Shown here: positions 19,828-30,764 of the stretch, one piece after another
Position numbering within the stretch: the stretch's first letter is position 1
Layout of the letters: every line of letters begins with the position of its first letter
NCBI GenBank assembly: GCA_965116925.1
Contig: OZ220744.1
Location: 192,001 to 256,000 of the forward strand
DNA length: 64,000 bases
Reading direction: 5' to 3'
Origin: Candidatus Poribacteria bacterium
GTDB taxonomy: Bacteria; Poribacteria; WGA-4E; PCPOR2b
Program-made: the position numbers and the translations under genes
The notes under the pieces: generated by a model
The model's database searches: none
The model's input: only the letters and a program-made list of their open reading frames with translations
What the model was told of the DNA's origin: nothing

Positions 19828-21402
19828 TCACTTTTCAAGCCAGATCTGTCGAAAATACTTCCACGATGTTGGGTGAAGTTTGAGATTCTTAATCTGTTTG
19901 TTGATGATTAAGATCTGTTTGGAGTGCGCTAGTGGAACCCAAGGAACATCGCGGTGAAAAAGTGCTTGGGCTTGTTTATAAAGTTCGATCCGCTTGGCTT
20001 GATCCATCGTTGACTGTGCTTCGACCAGAAGTGCCTGCATCTCATCGCTGCGATAGAACGCAATGTTTCCCGCCGGTTTTTGTGCTGCTTCCTTGCTCAA
20101 CAGATAGTAGAAGAAGTTATCCGGATCGCCGAGATCCGCAGACCAACCGAGCATTGCTGTATCGTGCTCACCGTGTTTGGTCTTTTCCAAGTACGTGCCC
20201 CAATCAAAGGTCACAATCTTCGCTATGATTCCAATATGACGCAAATCCGATTGAATCGCTGCGGCAAGGGCACTCCCATCAGGAATGTAAGGACGTGGCA
20301 CCGGCAATGCCCACAGCGTCGTCTCGAAACCGTCTGCGTAACCTGCCTCTGCAAGTAACGCCTTCGCCTTTGCCGGATCGTAGGTGTGCTCCTCAATCGA
20401 GTCATCATAACTCCACATCGTCGGGGGGATGGGGTTTTTGGCGGGAATGCCCATGCCTTGATAAAGCTCTGTGACAATCTCGTGCTTATTAATCGCATGG
20501 TTGACAGCGAGGCGAACCTTGAGATTGTCGAAAGGCTTTTTATCGAAATTCATTGCAAGATAACCGATATTCATGCCGGGTTGTTCGATAATCCTAAGTT
20601 GGGGGTCTTCACGAATCTGGAGCAGGTCATCCGGATTCGGAAATTCCATTGCATGAATACTTCCGTTTTGTAGCTCGATAAGACGGACTGAGTTGTCGGG
20701 GATAGATCGGAAGATAATTCTGTCAAGCGGTGGGCGTCCTTCCCAATAGTCTTTGTTTACCTCCAAGACAACCTTATCCTCACGGTCCCAACGTACAAAC
20801 TTGAACGGTCCTGTGCCGACCGGATGATTCTTAAAATCCACGCCCCATTTCTGAAGGGCAGTTGGACTGACAATCGAAAAAGGTGTCATTGCGATAGTGT
20901 AGATGAAAGGGGCATAGGGACGTTTGAGAATTATTTCAACTGTATACGCATCTGGCGCAGTGATTTCCTCTACAATCTCAGCCAATCCGGTGTACGACCA
21001 GTAGGTGTAGGAACCGCCCACATTATGGAAAGGGTGATCTGGATCATGCTGACGGTTGAGAGAAAAAAGCACCGCATCCGCATTGAAAGGTGTACCATCG
21101 TGGAACTTAACCCCCTTGCGAAGATTAAACCGCCACGTCAATCCATCCTCCGATGACTCCCACGATTCCGCCAATGCTGGCTCGATTTCCGTACTCTCAT
21201 CCTTGTACTGTACGAGTCTGTCGTAGATATTCTCACACACCTTGAAGGATTCGCCATCCTCTTCCTGCGCGGGGTCAAGTCCGACAGAATCGCCACCACG
21301 CCCAAAAATCAGTGTGCCCCCAATCACTTGAGCATCCACAACATAGACAGAAGATATTACAAACAAAAGGATTACAAAAATATGTAGATATTGTTGTTTC
21401 AT
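19828..21402 (-). CDS. dppA: Peptide ABC transporter substrate-binding protein (SBP family 5)
   Basis: LRKGVKFHDG, PVGTGPF, PVPRPY, GWSADLGDPDNF. Confidence 0.85.
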   Translation of the reverse strand: MKQQYLHIFVILLFVISSVYVVDAQVIGGTLIFGRGGDSVGLDPAQEEDGESFKVCENIYDRLVQYKDESTEIEPALAESWESSEDGLTWRFNLRKGVKFHDGTPFNADAVLFSLNRQHDPDHPFHNVGGSYTYWSYTGLAEIVEEITAPDAYTVEIILKRPYAPFIYTIAMTPFSIVSPTALQKWGVDFKNHPVGTGPFKFVRWDREDKVVLEVNKDYWEGRPPLDRIIFRSIPDNSVRLIELQNGSIHAMEFPNPDDLLQIREDPQLRIIEQPGMNIGYLAMNFDKKPFDNLKVRLAVNHAINKHEIVTELYQGMGIPAKNPIPPTMWSYDDSIEEHTYDPAKAKALLAEAGYADGFETTLWALPVPRPYIPDGSALAAAIQSDLRHIGIIAKIVTFDWGTYLEKTKHGEHDTAMLGWSADLGDPDNFFYYLLSKEAAQKPAGNIAFYRSDEMQALLVEAQSTMDQAKRIELYKQAQALFHRDVPWVPLAHSKQILIINKQIKNLKLHPTSWKYFRQIWLEK

Positions 21403-21424
21403 CTAAAATTACTCCTAGATTGAT

Positions 21425-21495
21425 AGTAGTAGGCATACTCTGTATGCCGTAACCCTCTGCGTCAAAGTAGTAGGCATACTCCGTATGCCGTAACC
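21425..21495 (+). repeat. Tandem pair of 30-nt GTAG hairpins
   Basis: AGTAGTAGGCATACTCYGTATGCCGTAACC twice, period 41 nt. Confidence 0.8.
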
Positions 21496-21500
21496 AGCAC

Positions 21501-21601
21501 GTAGGTTGGGTTGAACTCAACCGATGAAAAACACCAAGCAGAATACGACAATTTCGGGAGATGATTCTGATTCAAATTTCAAAAATCAAGTGCAACCCAA
21601 C
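21501..21601 (+). repeat. 101-nt split-REP element, copy 2
   Basis: GTAGGTTGGGTTGAAC ... AGTGCAACCCAAC. Confidence 0.8.
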
Positions 21602-21813
21602 TCTTGATAGCTTATTCAGCCAAAAATCCGCGCAATCCGCGTCATCTATTTAATCCGCGATTCAGATAACTAGGCTGTTATCAAATTATTGTCGCAAAAA
21701 TAAGGGAGAGTGTCAAGAGAAAACAGTATATTTGAATATGCACAAATACAGATGATATGATACAATAGATGATACACTTTCGTTATGCACAAAAAAACGG
21801 GAAGGATTCGCCG

Positions 21814-22200
21814 ATGTTTGATTTTGTACAAGGCACACTTTTAGGTGTTACTTTAACCCTAACGTTAGTGCTCACAGGTTTGTTGGGATTGCTATGTATC
21901 CGTATGCGCTCAATAGGTTTAATCATTATCACAGTGGTGCTTGTTTTTCCTCCTGCATTAGGCTTGATTCCGAGTTATATTTTTAGACTATACATAGACC
22001 AGTGGGCTGATGGGGACCTGAATAACTGGTTGACTCAGCACATGACAATCGAGGGTTTCTTGGCACTGTATCGCTTGGTCATTCGGTTAATCCACGATGG
22101 ATTGTTGGTATTGGGTGCTTTCCTAATCTATCGAGAATGGAGTCGTGGGAAGATTCGTTGGAACCGGCAGAAATCGTCGGAGGTCGTTAATCATGCCTGA
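21814..22200 (+). CDS. Hypothetical membrane protein
   Basis: About 3 hydrophobic segments; GGAAGGA RBS; overlaps the next gene. Confidence 0.6.
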   Translation: MFDFVQGTLLGVTLTLTLVLTGLLGLLCIRMRSIGLIIITVVLVFPPALGLIPSYIFRLYIDQWADGDLNNWLTQHMTIEGFLALYRLVIRLIHDGLLVLGAFLIYREWSRGKIRWNRQKSSEVVNHA

Positions 22201-22825
22201 TACCAGCTCTGACTCTAAAGTAATCCGTCAGGCACTAAATACACAAATGCTCGATCGAATTGCGGTTACTATATCCGTGCTTTTCAATCCATTCCTATTG
22301 CCGCTTGCGTCAATCTTGTTAATCGTCCGTATGTCCGTCGCGACGACCCAGCAGGGATTGTTGTGGATGGTGATTGTCATACTGTTTGCCAGTGTGCTGC
22401 CGATGCTTTTTATCCTGTTACTTTTTCGTATAGGGCAACTGAGCGATTTTCGATTAACGGTCAGAGAACAACGCGCTAAACCGCTGATATTTTCGCTTGT
22501 GAGTGCCCTTGTCGGCAGCGGCATTTTACACCTCCTCAATGCGCCGCGGGAAATTATCTGGCTCTGTATTGCCTGCGTCATCAACGGAGTTGTGCTTACC
22601 CTAATTACACGAGTGTGGAAAATCAGCTTCCACAGTGGGGTTGCTGCAGGGTGTATGACAGGGCTTGCGACACTAATCAGCGGTCAGTTCGTCTACCTGT
22701 TTATTCTGTTGCCGCTCATTGCATGGGCAAGGGTGCACCGGAAAAGGCACACCTATCTTCAAACTATCATCGCTGCACCGATCGCTGTTGCAAGTACTGC
22801 GGTAGTACTTCAGTTGGCATTATAA
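22193..22825 (+). CDS. Integral membrane protein, PAP2-like
   Basis: WKISFH and WARVxxxxHT motifs. Confidence 0.7.
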   Translation: MPDTSSDSKVIRQALNTQMLDRIAVTISVLFNPFLLPLASILLIVRMSVATTQQGLLWMVIVILFASVLPMLFILLLFRIGQLSDFRLTVREQRAKPLIFSLVSALVGSGILHLLNAPREIIWLCIACVINGVVLTLITRVWKISFHSGVAAGCMTGLATLISGQFVYLFILLPLIAWARVHRKRHTYLQTIIAAPIAVASTAVVLQLAL

Positions 22826-22934
22826 GGGTGCTATATCGGCAACCGCGGAAACATCCAAAGCCGTTCAATAAAGCATAACCTCAATGGATCATAATTTATT
22901 GCACAACGCGTAGGAAAAGTGTAGGTGAGAGACA

Positions 22935-25637
22935 ATGGCAGAAGAAAATAATACAAAGCAGTTACTAATCATTGACGGGACAGCGTTTGTATATCGTGCA
23001 TTTTATGGAATGCAACAACAACTGACCAACTCCCAAGGTCAACCGACCGCCGCAATTCTTAGCTTCACAAGAACGCTGCTAAAACTGCTTGAAGATGGCA
23101 ATAAGTACATAGCGATTTGCTTTGATCGAGGCGGAAAAAGTAAAAGAGACGAACTGTACGCCGCCTATAAAGCGGATCGTCCCCCGACCCCAGATGCAAT
23201 CATTTCCCAATTTCCCTATGTTCGGAAAATTGTCGAAGCACTTGGCATCCCGACCGTAGAAATGGACGAATACGAAGCAGATGATGTCGCTGGAACCTTA
23301 GCGAAGCAAGCGGAGGCAACGGGATTCGATGTGCTGATTATGACCAATGACAAGGATATGCTCCAGTTGATCTCCCCGAAGATCAAGGTGCATCGCGTCA
23401 ATCCGCGTGGCGGATACGAAATCTATGACGCGGCAGCGTGCAAAAGACGTTACGGAATAGAGCCGTATCAAATCCCGGATTACCTTGCACTTGCAGGCGA
23501 TAGCGTGGATCAAATCCCCGGCGTCAGCGGCGTTGGAGAAAAGACTGCCCCTAAACTACTCTCTGAATTTGGCACAATCGAAACTCTCCTCCAGCGTCTT
23601 GATGAAGTACCACAGCGATTCCGCACCAAGCTGGAGGCGGGCGAGAGCCACGCACTACTGAGCAAAAAACTGGCAACCCTCGAAACCGCCCTTGAACTGC
23701 CTATTACACCTGAAGGGTGCAAGATTGGAGATAGAGACAACGAAGCGTTGCTAGCACTTTTCCGTGAACTTGAGTTTCATAGCCTACTTGACCAAGTTGT
23801 AACAGACCGGGAAATGCCGAAACCGGACACAAACTATCAGATGATTACGGATGAAGCTGGCTTGAAGCATCTCATTGGGAAACTCAAGGCAAATATGGAA
23901 TTTTCCGTAGATTTGGAGACGACCTCAACCAACCCAATTGATGCCCAGATTGTCGGTATTGCCATCACCACCGCTCCACATGAGGGATATTACATTCCGA
24001 TTCTGAGCTCCCTCCTTGATACGCCATCTTTGCTCTCCCAAGATCAAGTTTTGGGGGCTCTCCGCCCCGTTCTTGAAGATCCGTCTTATCAAAAAGTCGG
24101 GCAGAATATAAAATATGACCTTAAGGTGTTCAAACGTCACGGCGCAGACTTGAAAGGTATCTCGTTCGACACAATGCTCGCTTCTGGACTGCTACATCCG
24201 GCATCCGCCAGCCACGGTCTGGATGACCTCGCCTTTACCCATCTGAACCACAAAATGATTTCGATTAAAGACCTTATCGGCACAGGATCGAAACAGATTA
24301 CGATGGACCTTGTACCGCTTCCACAGATTACCGAGTATGCCTGCGAAGATGTAGATATCACACTACAACTCAAGAATAAGTTTGCGTCGGGCTTGGCGAC
24401 GGAAGGACTGACCGATATTTTCCGTGATATTGAAATGCCATTGATCCCTGTGCTTGCTGATATGGAATTGACAGGGATTCAGGTGGATGGAGATTACCTC
24501 AGACAATTATCGCAGGAATTTCAAGAGCGTCTTGATCAAAAAATGGATCAGATTTATGCAGAGGCAGGACAAGAATTTAACATCAATTCGCCAAAACAGC
24601 TGGGGCAGCTTTTATTTGAAGAACTCAATTTACCGAAGAATCTGACGCGCAGAACAAAAACAGGCTACTCCACCGATATCCGAGTTTTACAAAGGTTGGC
24701 TCCACACCACCCATTGCCGGAGCTGATCTTGGAATATCGTTCTTTTGCCAAACTCAAATCCACGTACACCGACGCACTGGTTGGACTGATTAACTCGGAT
24801 ACAAAACGCATCCATACATCGTTCCACCAAGCTGGGGTCCGGACAGGACGACTCAGCAGCAGCGATCCAAACCTACAGAATATCCCCGTGCGAACCGCTG
24901 AAGGACGAGAGATTCGCCGGGCATTCGTCGCCAGCGATGACGACCATACGCTGATTGTTGCAGATTACTCACAGATCGAACTGCGTATCCTCGCCCACCT
25001 TTCTGGAGACGATCGGCTGCGGGACGCCTTTGAGCAAGATCTGGATATCCATGCACAATCCGCTTCTCTTATCTTTGGTCTGCCACCGAAGGAGATTGAC
25101 GATAATATGCGTCGTCAGGCGAAAACAATGAATTACGGAATCGTCTACGGTGTAGGCGCGTTCCGCCTGTCCAACGAACTTCAGATTGAGTTTGGTGAAG
25201 CCCAACAATTAATCGATAACTACTTTCAGACTTATGCTGGTGTCAGAGACTATTTTGACCGGATTGTTGCAAAAGCGCAAGAACAAGAATATGTCACAAC
25301 ACTCCTCGGACGACGCTGCTATGTGCCGGAGATCCAAGCCGCTGACCGAAACACCCAAGAATTTGGCAAACGCGTCGCTATTAACGCCCCAATGCAGGGC
25401 ACAGCTGCAGAACTTATCAAACTTGCCATGCTTGGGATTCATGACTATCTGGCGAAGAATGGTAAGCGGACGAAATTACTGCTGCAAGTCCATGACGAGT
25501 TGGTGTTTGAAGCACCAAAATCCGAGCAAGAGGAGGTATTGGCAGAAATCAAACGCCTGATGGAGAATGCCTGTCAGATTGATGTACCCATTAAGGTTGA
25601 TATCCATGCAGGGGCGAATTGGCTCGAAGCAAAGTAG
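22935..25637 (+). CDS. polA: DNA polymerase I
   Basis: 5'-3' exonuclease (EADD), DLET 3'-5' exonuclease, DYSQIELR, LQVHDEL. Confidence 0.98.
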   Translation: MAEENNTKQLLIIDGTAFVYRAFYGMQQQLTNSQGQPTAAILSFTRTLLKLLEDGNKYIAICFDRGGKSKRDELYAAYKADRPPTPDAIISQFPYVRKIVEALGIPTVEMDEYEADDVAGTLAKQAEATGFDVLIMTNDKDMLQLISPKIKVHRVNPRGGYEIYDAAACKRRYGIEPYQIPDYLALAGDSVDQIPGVSGVGEKTAPKLLSEFGTIETLLQRLDEVPQRFRTKLEAGESHALLSKKLATLETALELPITPEGCKIGDRDNEALLALFRELEFHSLLDQVVTDREMPKPDTNYQMITDEAGLKHLIGKLKANMEFSVDLETTSTNPIDAQIVGIAITTAPHEGYYIPILSSLLDTPSLLSQDQVLGALRPVLEDPSYQKVGQNIKYDLKVFKRHGADLKGISFDTMLASGLLHPASASHGLDDLAFTHLNHKMISIKDLIGTGSKQITMDLVPLPQITEYACEDVDITLQLKNKFASGLATEGLTDIFRDIEMPLIPVLADMELTGIQVDGDYLRQLSQEFQERLDQKMDQIYAEAGQEFNINSPKQLGQLLFEELNLPKNLTRRTKTGYSTDIRVLQRLAPHHPLPELILEYRSFAKLKSTYTDALVGLINSDTKRIHTSFHQAGVRTGRLSSSDPNLQNIPVRTAEGREIRRAFVASDDDHTLIVADYSQIELRILAHLSGDDRLRDAFEQDLDIHAQSASLIFGLPPKEIDDNMRRQAKTMNYGIVYGVGAFRLSNELQIEFGEAQQLIDNYFQTYAGVRDYFDRIVAKAQEQEYVTTLLGRRCYVPEIQAADRNTQEFGKRVAINAPMQGTAAELIKLAMLGIHDYLAKNGKRTKLLLQVHDELVFEAPKSEQEEVLAEIKRLMENACQIDVPIKVDIHAGANWLEAK

Positions 25638-25892
25638 CACCGTTGAAAACGGGGATTTTCAGGTCGATTTTGCAGTAAAGTGCACTGTTAGTGAAGATTT
25701 CTATGATAACTATTGCTTGGTACTACATTTCCTCCTGCCTTCGAGCAATATAAAGCGCAGCGCACGGCGTTAGGGCGTTTGAACAAATTGTGTGCGTCAT
25801 ATTGACAAGCAGCCCGAGATATGACATTGCCATTCTGGCATTTCTAGGAAACCTCCGGCTGTCGCGTGCGTTGCTGCCTATGGTTATTAGGT

Positions 25893-25907
25893 TGGCATGT
25901 ATATTGC
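25893..25907 (+). promoter_or_regulatory. sigma54 (-24/-12) promoter
   Basis: TGGCATGTATATTGC with exact GG-N10-GC spacing. Confidence 0.7.
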
Positions 25908-25989
25908 CTGCTAATTTGCTAAGTGAACGCGGATTTTGTCCGTGAGACGATCTGTATCGTTGGAAGTGGGAGGAAAGGAACACTAAAAG

Positions 25990-26484
25990 ATGATCCGGCA
26001 CAGTTATCGAATTCTTCTAGTTGATGATGATATGGCTTCTTTGGAGGTCTTGGGCGAGGTATTAACTCGTGCCGGTTACGATGCTGTGTCCGCAGAGACT
26101 GGATATGAAGCCTTAGAAATTGTTCGGGAAGCTTCGATAGATCTCGCGCTCCTAGACTTTAACCTTCCGGACACAACGGGGGCAGAATTGCTTCAACAAA
26201 TTAAGCGATTTCAGCCAAATGTGCCTGCCATCATTATGAGTGCAAACACATCACAGGGGGTAAAATTTGACGTGTTTGAAGCGGGTGCCTACACATTCAT
26301 ATCAAAACCTATAGATTTACCACAGCTGCTAGGATTCGTTTCTCGTGCGTTAAATCTTAAACAACAATCGATAGCACGTCGTCAAGACAACAGGCAGGAT
26401 ATTTCAACGGGTCGGAACAACCAGACGCTTCAGGTGAAGAGATTAAGCATTTTCCGATGGATTCGGATTATCAGACATAAGTAG
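25990..26484 (+). CDS. Response regulator receiver protein with a basic C-terminal extension
   Basis: ILLVDDD, LLDFNLP, SKP. Confidence 0.85.
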   Translation: MIRHSYRILLVDDDMASLEVLGEVLTRAGYDAVSAETGYEALEIVREASIDLALLDFNLPDTTGAELLQQIKRFQPNVPAIIMSANTSQGVKFDVFEAGAYTFISKPIDLPQLLGFVSRALNLKQQSIARRQDNRQDISTGRNNQTLQVKRLSIFRWIRIIRHK

Positions 26485-26533
26485 TGAGCAGATACCTACA
26501 TCAATAATCATTAATTTTATGGAGGGATTTCGG

Positions 26534-28492
26534 ATGAGTAAAGTCATTGGAATTGATTTGGGAACCACAAATTCGTGTGTCGCTGTTTTAGAAGGCGGTG
26601 AGCCGAAAGTACTCGAAAACGCCGAAGGCACTAGAACAACGCCATCTGTTGTTGCTGTTACGAAAGAGGGAGAGCGATTGGTTGGGCAAGTTGCCAAAAG
26701 GCAAGCTGTCACCAATCCGAAAAATACAATCTTCTCTGTCAAACGATTTATGGGGCGCAAGTACAGGGAAGTGAGCGAAGAAATAAACCGCGTTCCCTAC
26801 GAGGCCGCAAGCGATAAAGATGGTGATGTGTCTATAAAAATCGAGGATAAACAACATGCACCACCTGAGATTTCTGCAATGATTCTTCAGAAGATGAAGG
26901 AAACCGCAGAATCCTACCTCGGTGAATCGGTCACGCAAGCTGTCATTACAGTTCCTGCTTATTTTAACGATTCGCAGCGTCAAGCGACGAAAGACGCAGG
27001 TAGAATCGCCGGATTGGAAGTACTCCGCATCATCAACGAGCCAACAGCTGCATCATTGGCTTACGGACTGGATAATCAGAAAGATAAAAATATTGCAGTC
27101 TACGATCTGGGGGGGGGGACTTTTGACATCTCAATCCTTGAAATCGGTGACGGTGTATTTGAAGTCAAGAGTACCAACGGCGATACCCACCTCGGTGGTG
27201 ACGATTTCGATCAGAAGGTCATCGATTGGCTTGCTGAGGAATTTCAGCAGGAGCAAGGAATAGATCTCCGTAAGGACAATATGGCACTACAGAGGTTAAA
27301 AGAGGGGGCGGAAAAAGCGAAATGCGAACTCTCAACCGCTATGCAAACCGATATTAATCTGCCTTTTATCACCGCAGATGCGAGCGGACCGAAACACCTC
27401 AATGTCAACCTGACCCGTGCAAAACTTGAGCAGATTACCGACGATCTCGTTGAACGATCGCTTGAACCGTGCCGGAAAGCCATCGCCGATGCGGGATTAT
27501 CCGCGAGTGACATTGAAGAGGTCATACTGGTTGGTGGACAAACACGGATGCCTAAGGTCCAGGAGGCGGTACAGCGGCTATTTGGCAGGGAGCCCCATAA
27601 GGGAGTTAATCCCGACGAAGTCGTTGCAATTGGTGCCGCAATTCAAGGCGGTGTCCTGTCTGGCGATGAAGGCGTGAAAGACATCTTGCTACTTGATGTA
27701 ACTCCGCTGTCGTTGGGCGTCGAAACATTGGGTGGAATATTCACTCGACTTATTGAGCGGAATACAACAATTCCAGCCAAGAAATCACAAATCTTTACGA
27801 CATCGCAAGACAATCAGACTACTGTTGATGTACATGTGTTGCAGGGTGAGCGGGAACAGGCTATCTACAACAAAACGATTGGTCGTTTCCAACTCGATGG
27901 CCTCCCGCCAGCACCGCGCAGTATGCCGCAGATTGAGGTGGCATTTGATATTGATGCAAACGGTATTCTCAACGTTTCTGCGAAGGATCAGGCGACAGGT
28001 AAGGAACAACACATCACCATTACCGCTTCGTCGGGACTCTCTGAAACGGAAATTGATCAGATGGTCAAAGATGCCGAAACCCATGCCGCCGAAGACCAGC
28101 AGAAACGCGAAGAGGTGGAGGTACATAATCAAGCGGATTCGTTGATCTATGAAACAGAGAAGAATCTCAGTGAGTTTGGCGATAAGGTTGATGAGGCAAT
28201 CAAGAGTAATGTTGAAAATGCCGTTGCGGAGTTGAAGAAAGCCCTAGAAAGCCAGAATACTGAAGACATAAAAGCAAAAACTGAAAGTCTTATGCAGGTC
28301 TGGCATCAGGCTTCGGAAGAGCTGTATAAGCAAACCGCTGAAGCCGGTGGTGACCCATCTGCAGGACCAGAGTATCAGGGCGCACCAACGGATGAACCAC
28401 AGTCCACATCTTCATCGGCTGATGGCGAAGTGATCGACGCCGATTATGAAGTTGTTGATGACGACAAGAAAGCCGATCAGGACAAGAAGTAG
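26534..28492 (+). CDS. dnaK: Chaperone DnaK (Hsp70)
   Basis: [31 protein letters not shown]. Confidence 0.98.
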   Translation: MSKVIGIDLGTTNSCVAVLEGGEPKVLENAEGTRTTPSVVAVTKEGERLVGQVAKRQAVTNPKNTIFSVKRFMGRKYREVSEEINRVPYEAASDKDGDVSIKIEDKQHAPPEISAMILQKMKETAESYLGESVTQAVITVPAYFNDSQRQATKDAGRIAGLEVLRIINEPTAASLAYGLDNQKDKNIAVYDLGGGTFDISILEIGDGVFEVKSTNGDTHLGGDDFDQKVIDWLAEEFQQEQGIDLRKDNMALQRLKEGAEKAKCELSTAMQTDINLPFITADASGPKHLNVNLTRAKLEQITDDLVERSLEPCRKAIADAGLSASDIEEVILVGGQTRMPKVQEAVQRLFGREPHKGVNPDEVVAIGAAIQGGVLSGDEGVKDILLLDVTPLSLGVETLGGIFTRLIERNTTIPAKKSQIFTTSQDNQTTVDVHVLQGEREQAIYNKTIGRFQLDGLPPAPRSMPQIEVAFDIDANGILNVSAKDQATGKEQHITITASSGLSETEIDQMVKDAETHAAEDQQKREEVEVHNQADSLIYETEKNLSEFGDKVDEAIKSNVENAVAELKKALESQNTEDIKAKTESLMQVWHQASEELYKQTAEAGGDPSAGPEYQGAPTDEPQSTSSSADGEVIDADYEVVDDDKKADQDKK

Positions 28493-28526
28493 GGCGTTGG
28501 ACTCAAGTGTTTTGATATTCGTGTTT

Positions 28527-28616
28527 GGCTCATATAAAAAGAAAGTGCAAAATGCGAAGAGAAACCGAGTTTTTCTTCAAAACTCGGTTTCTTTGTACGA
28601 TTTCTTAACATGAGCC
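28527..28616 (+). mobile_element. MITE family 3 copy carrying a different hairpin
   Basis: GGCTCATATAAAAAGAAAGTGCAAAA...TTAACATGAGCC; flanks TCGTGTTT/TTGTGTTT; internal GAAACCGAGTTTT/AAAACTCGGTTTC. Confidence 0.75.
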
Positions 28617-28693
28617 TTGTGTTTTTGCTATAAAGAAATCTACCAACTTAAAAGAGTTCGTCACTTGATAGGCCAAGTTGAATTGAAAATCCC

Positions 28694-28731
28694 AACCTTG
28701 CGAAGGTTTTGAGCCTTCGCAAGGTTTTTTT
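28694..28731 (+). terminator. Hairpin with T-tract
   Basis: AACCTTGCGAAGG/CCTTCGCAAGGTT followed by a T run. Confidence 0.5.
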
Positions 28732-28752
28732 GTGCTATTGGAGGTATCTAAT

Positions 28753-30003
28753 ATGGAGACTTCTGAGAATAAACGTATCCGCGTGGGAGTTGTCGGTGCC
28801 GGGCGCGGGCAAAGTTTTATGCGATCCGCAATAGCGGTCGGACTGGAGCTGGTGGCTGTCTGCGACACGTGGGAGGAGAAACTGAAACAGGTCGGTGATC
28901 AGCTCGGTGTGACTACTTACACTGACTACGACAAATTCCTTGAACACGACATGGATGCAGTAGTACTCGCTAACTATTTTCACGAACACGCACCCTTCGC
29001 AATCAAGGCGTTCGCCGCAGACAAACATGTAATGAGTGAGTGCGCCGCCTGCCACACGATGTCGGAAGCGGTGGCACTAGCGCGTGCCTTTGAAAAAAGT
29101 GGAAAGATTTATCTGTTCGCCGAAAACTATCCCTATATGGTCTACAATCAGGAGATGCATCGCTTGTACAAAGCGGGACGGATTGGCGAATTCAAGTACG
29201 GCGAGGGCGAGTATGTGCACCCAGATCCCGCCGAAGTCAAACTCGCTCGCAGCTGCGGGACCGACCACTGGCGGAACTGGATTCCATCTACCTACTACTG
29301 CACCCACTCCATTGCACCGGTAATGTACATCACGGGGACACGTCCCGTGAAGGTGAATGGATTCGTAGTTCCCTACGACTTCGATGATCCAACCCAGACG
29401 ATGCACATGAAACGCAGCGACACCTGCGCTGTCATTATTTGTCGGATGGATAACGATGCAGTGATGAAATCCCTGCATGGTGCACTGCGGGGGCACGGTA
29501 ACTACGTCCGTATCCACGGCAATAAGGGATTGATGGAAAACAGCCGTCATGGCGACAAACAACGCCTGCGAGTGTGGCGCGAGCCTTGGGAGAAAGATGA
29601 AGGAGAGCCTGCCGAAATCGTTTACAAGCCCGATTTTCCAACCCATCATAACGAAGCGACAACCGCAGGGCATGGTGGCGGCGATTTCTTTACTACTTAC
29701 CACTTTGCGGAGGCAATTCGGACGGGTGAACAACCGTATCTGGACGTTTACCGGGGGATCGACATGAGTATTGTCGGCATTCTCGCTTGGCGGTCTGCTC
29801 TTAACGATTCTGCCCCAATTGAAGTCCCCGATTTTCGGGTGGAATCTGCCCGTAAGTCTTATGAAAACGACGACTGGTCTCCAGATCCAAAACGTAAGAG
29901 AGAAGGGCAACCGTCAAGTAGCATCCTCGGTGATATTCAACCTTCAGAGGCAACTATCGCGTATGCGAAGGAGGTCTGGGCAAGGCAGGGGTATCAAGAA
30001 TAG
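28753..30003 (+). CDS. Gfo/Idh/MocA family oxidoreductase
   Basis: RVGVVGAGRG Rossmann motif, AENY, YCTHS, GHGGGD. Confidence 0.9.
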   Translation: METSENKRIRVGVVGAGRGQSFMRSAIAVGLELVAVCDTWEEKLKQVGDQLGVTTYTDYDKFLEHDMDAVVLANYFHEHAPFAIKAFAADKHVMSECAACHTMSEAVALARAFEKSGKIYLFAENYPYMVYNQEMHRLYKAGRIGEFKYGEGEYVHPDPAEVKLARSCGTDHWRNWIPSTYYCTHSIAPVMYITGTRPVKVNGFVVPYDFDDPTQTMHMKRSDTCAVIICRMDNDAVMKSLHGALRGHGNYVRIHGNKGLMENSRHGDKQRLRVWREPWEKDEGEPAEIVYKPDFPTHHNEATTAGHGGGDFFTTYHFAEAIRTGEQPYLDVYRGIDMSIVGILAWRSALNDSAPIEVPDFRVESARKSYENDDWSPDPKRKREGQPSSSILGDIQPSEATIAYAKEVWARQGYQE

Positions 30004-30019
30004 GTTCACCGACCCTGAA

Positions 30020-30691
30020 TCACCGAATGTGGCGATACAGTTTTGCAAGGTGATTTGGGGATACGCGTAGCAGATAGAGCAAGGTGATGAACCAATTTGT
30101 GAAGGTCGTGCGGAGGATGCCGTTCTTTTGCCAGCGGCGAGCGGAGATGTGAATTCTTGGTTCCAAAAGCGTTACCTTGCCATGTTGACGGAGTTTTCGA
30201 GAAAACCCAACCTCTTCCATAATCGAAATATCGGGGAAACCACCAATTCGGTCAAAGTAGGTGCGGCGAACGAAAATCCCACCGTCGCCGTAGAAAATCT
30301 TCAGCCGTTTTGCCCTGAAATTGGCAGCACGCTCAATCAGCCGATACAAGGGGGGATCTCCTTCAATTCGCTGTGTGAACGCTCCGCCGACATAGCCCAC
30401 TGAGATTGCGGTCTCAACGCCTTCAACGGCTCCAGCATCAAGCCACACATCCGCGTGCAAGAAAAGCAGAATGTCTCCCCTCGCCACCGCAGCACCCACA
30501 TTTAATTGACGAGCCCTCCCACGTTCAGCGGAAATTACCTGTCCGTACCTTTTCGCAATCAACGGGGTTTCGTCGGTGCTGCCCCCATCAACGATAATCA
30601 ACTCATGGTCTTTTAGTTGAGGTATGAGTCGAGATAGCGATTGGTCTAAAATCTTCGCTTCATTAAGAACCGGAATAATAACAGAGATCAT
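30020..30691 (-). CDS. GT2 glycosyltransferase (TIGR04283-like)
   Basis: ISVIIPVLNE, DGGSTD, GRARQLN, LFLHAD, YGD, SARRW. Confidence 0.85.
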   Translation of the reverse strand: MISVIIPVLNEAKILDQSLSRLIPQLKDHELIIVDGGSTDETPLIAKRYGQVISAERGRARQLNVGAAVARGDILLFLHADVWLDAGAVEGVETAISVGYVGGAFTQRIEGDPPLYRLIERAANFRAKRLKIFYGDGGIFVRRTYFDRIGGFPDISIMEEVGFSRKLRQHGKVTLLEPRIHISARRWQKNGILRTTFTNWFITLLYLLRVSPNHLAKLYRHIR

Positions 30692-30764
30692 CTGAGATAA
30701 ACTGTGGACATAATTCCCAATAGATCAAGGAACACTGAACTCGTAAGCGCATTTGTGCATCGCT

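Noticed and set aside
21425..21495. Two palindromic 30-nt repeats resembling a mini-CRISPR
   Set aside because: Only two units, 11-nt spacer, GTAG-REP signature, no cas genes in the window
29077..29910. 277-aa antisense ORF
   Set aside because: Shadow of the Gfo/Idh/MocA gene; no recognisable motifs
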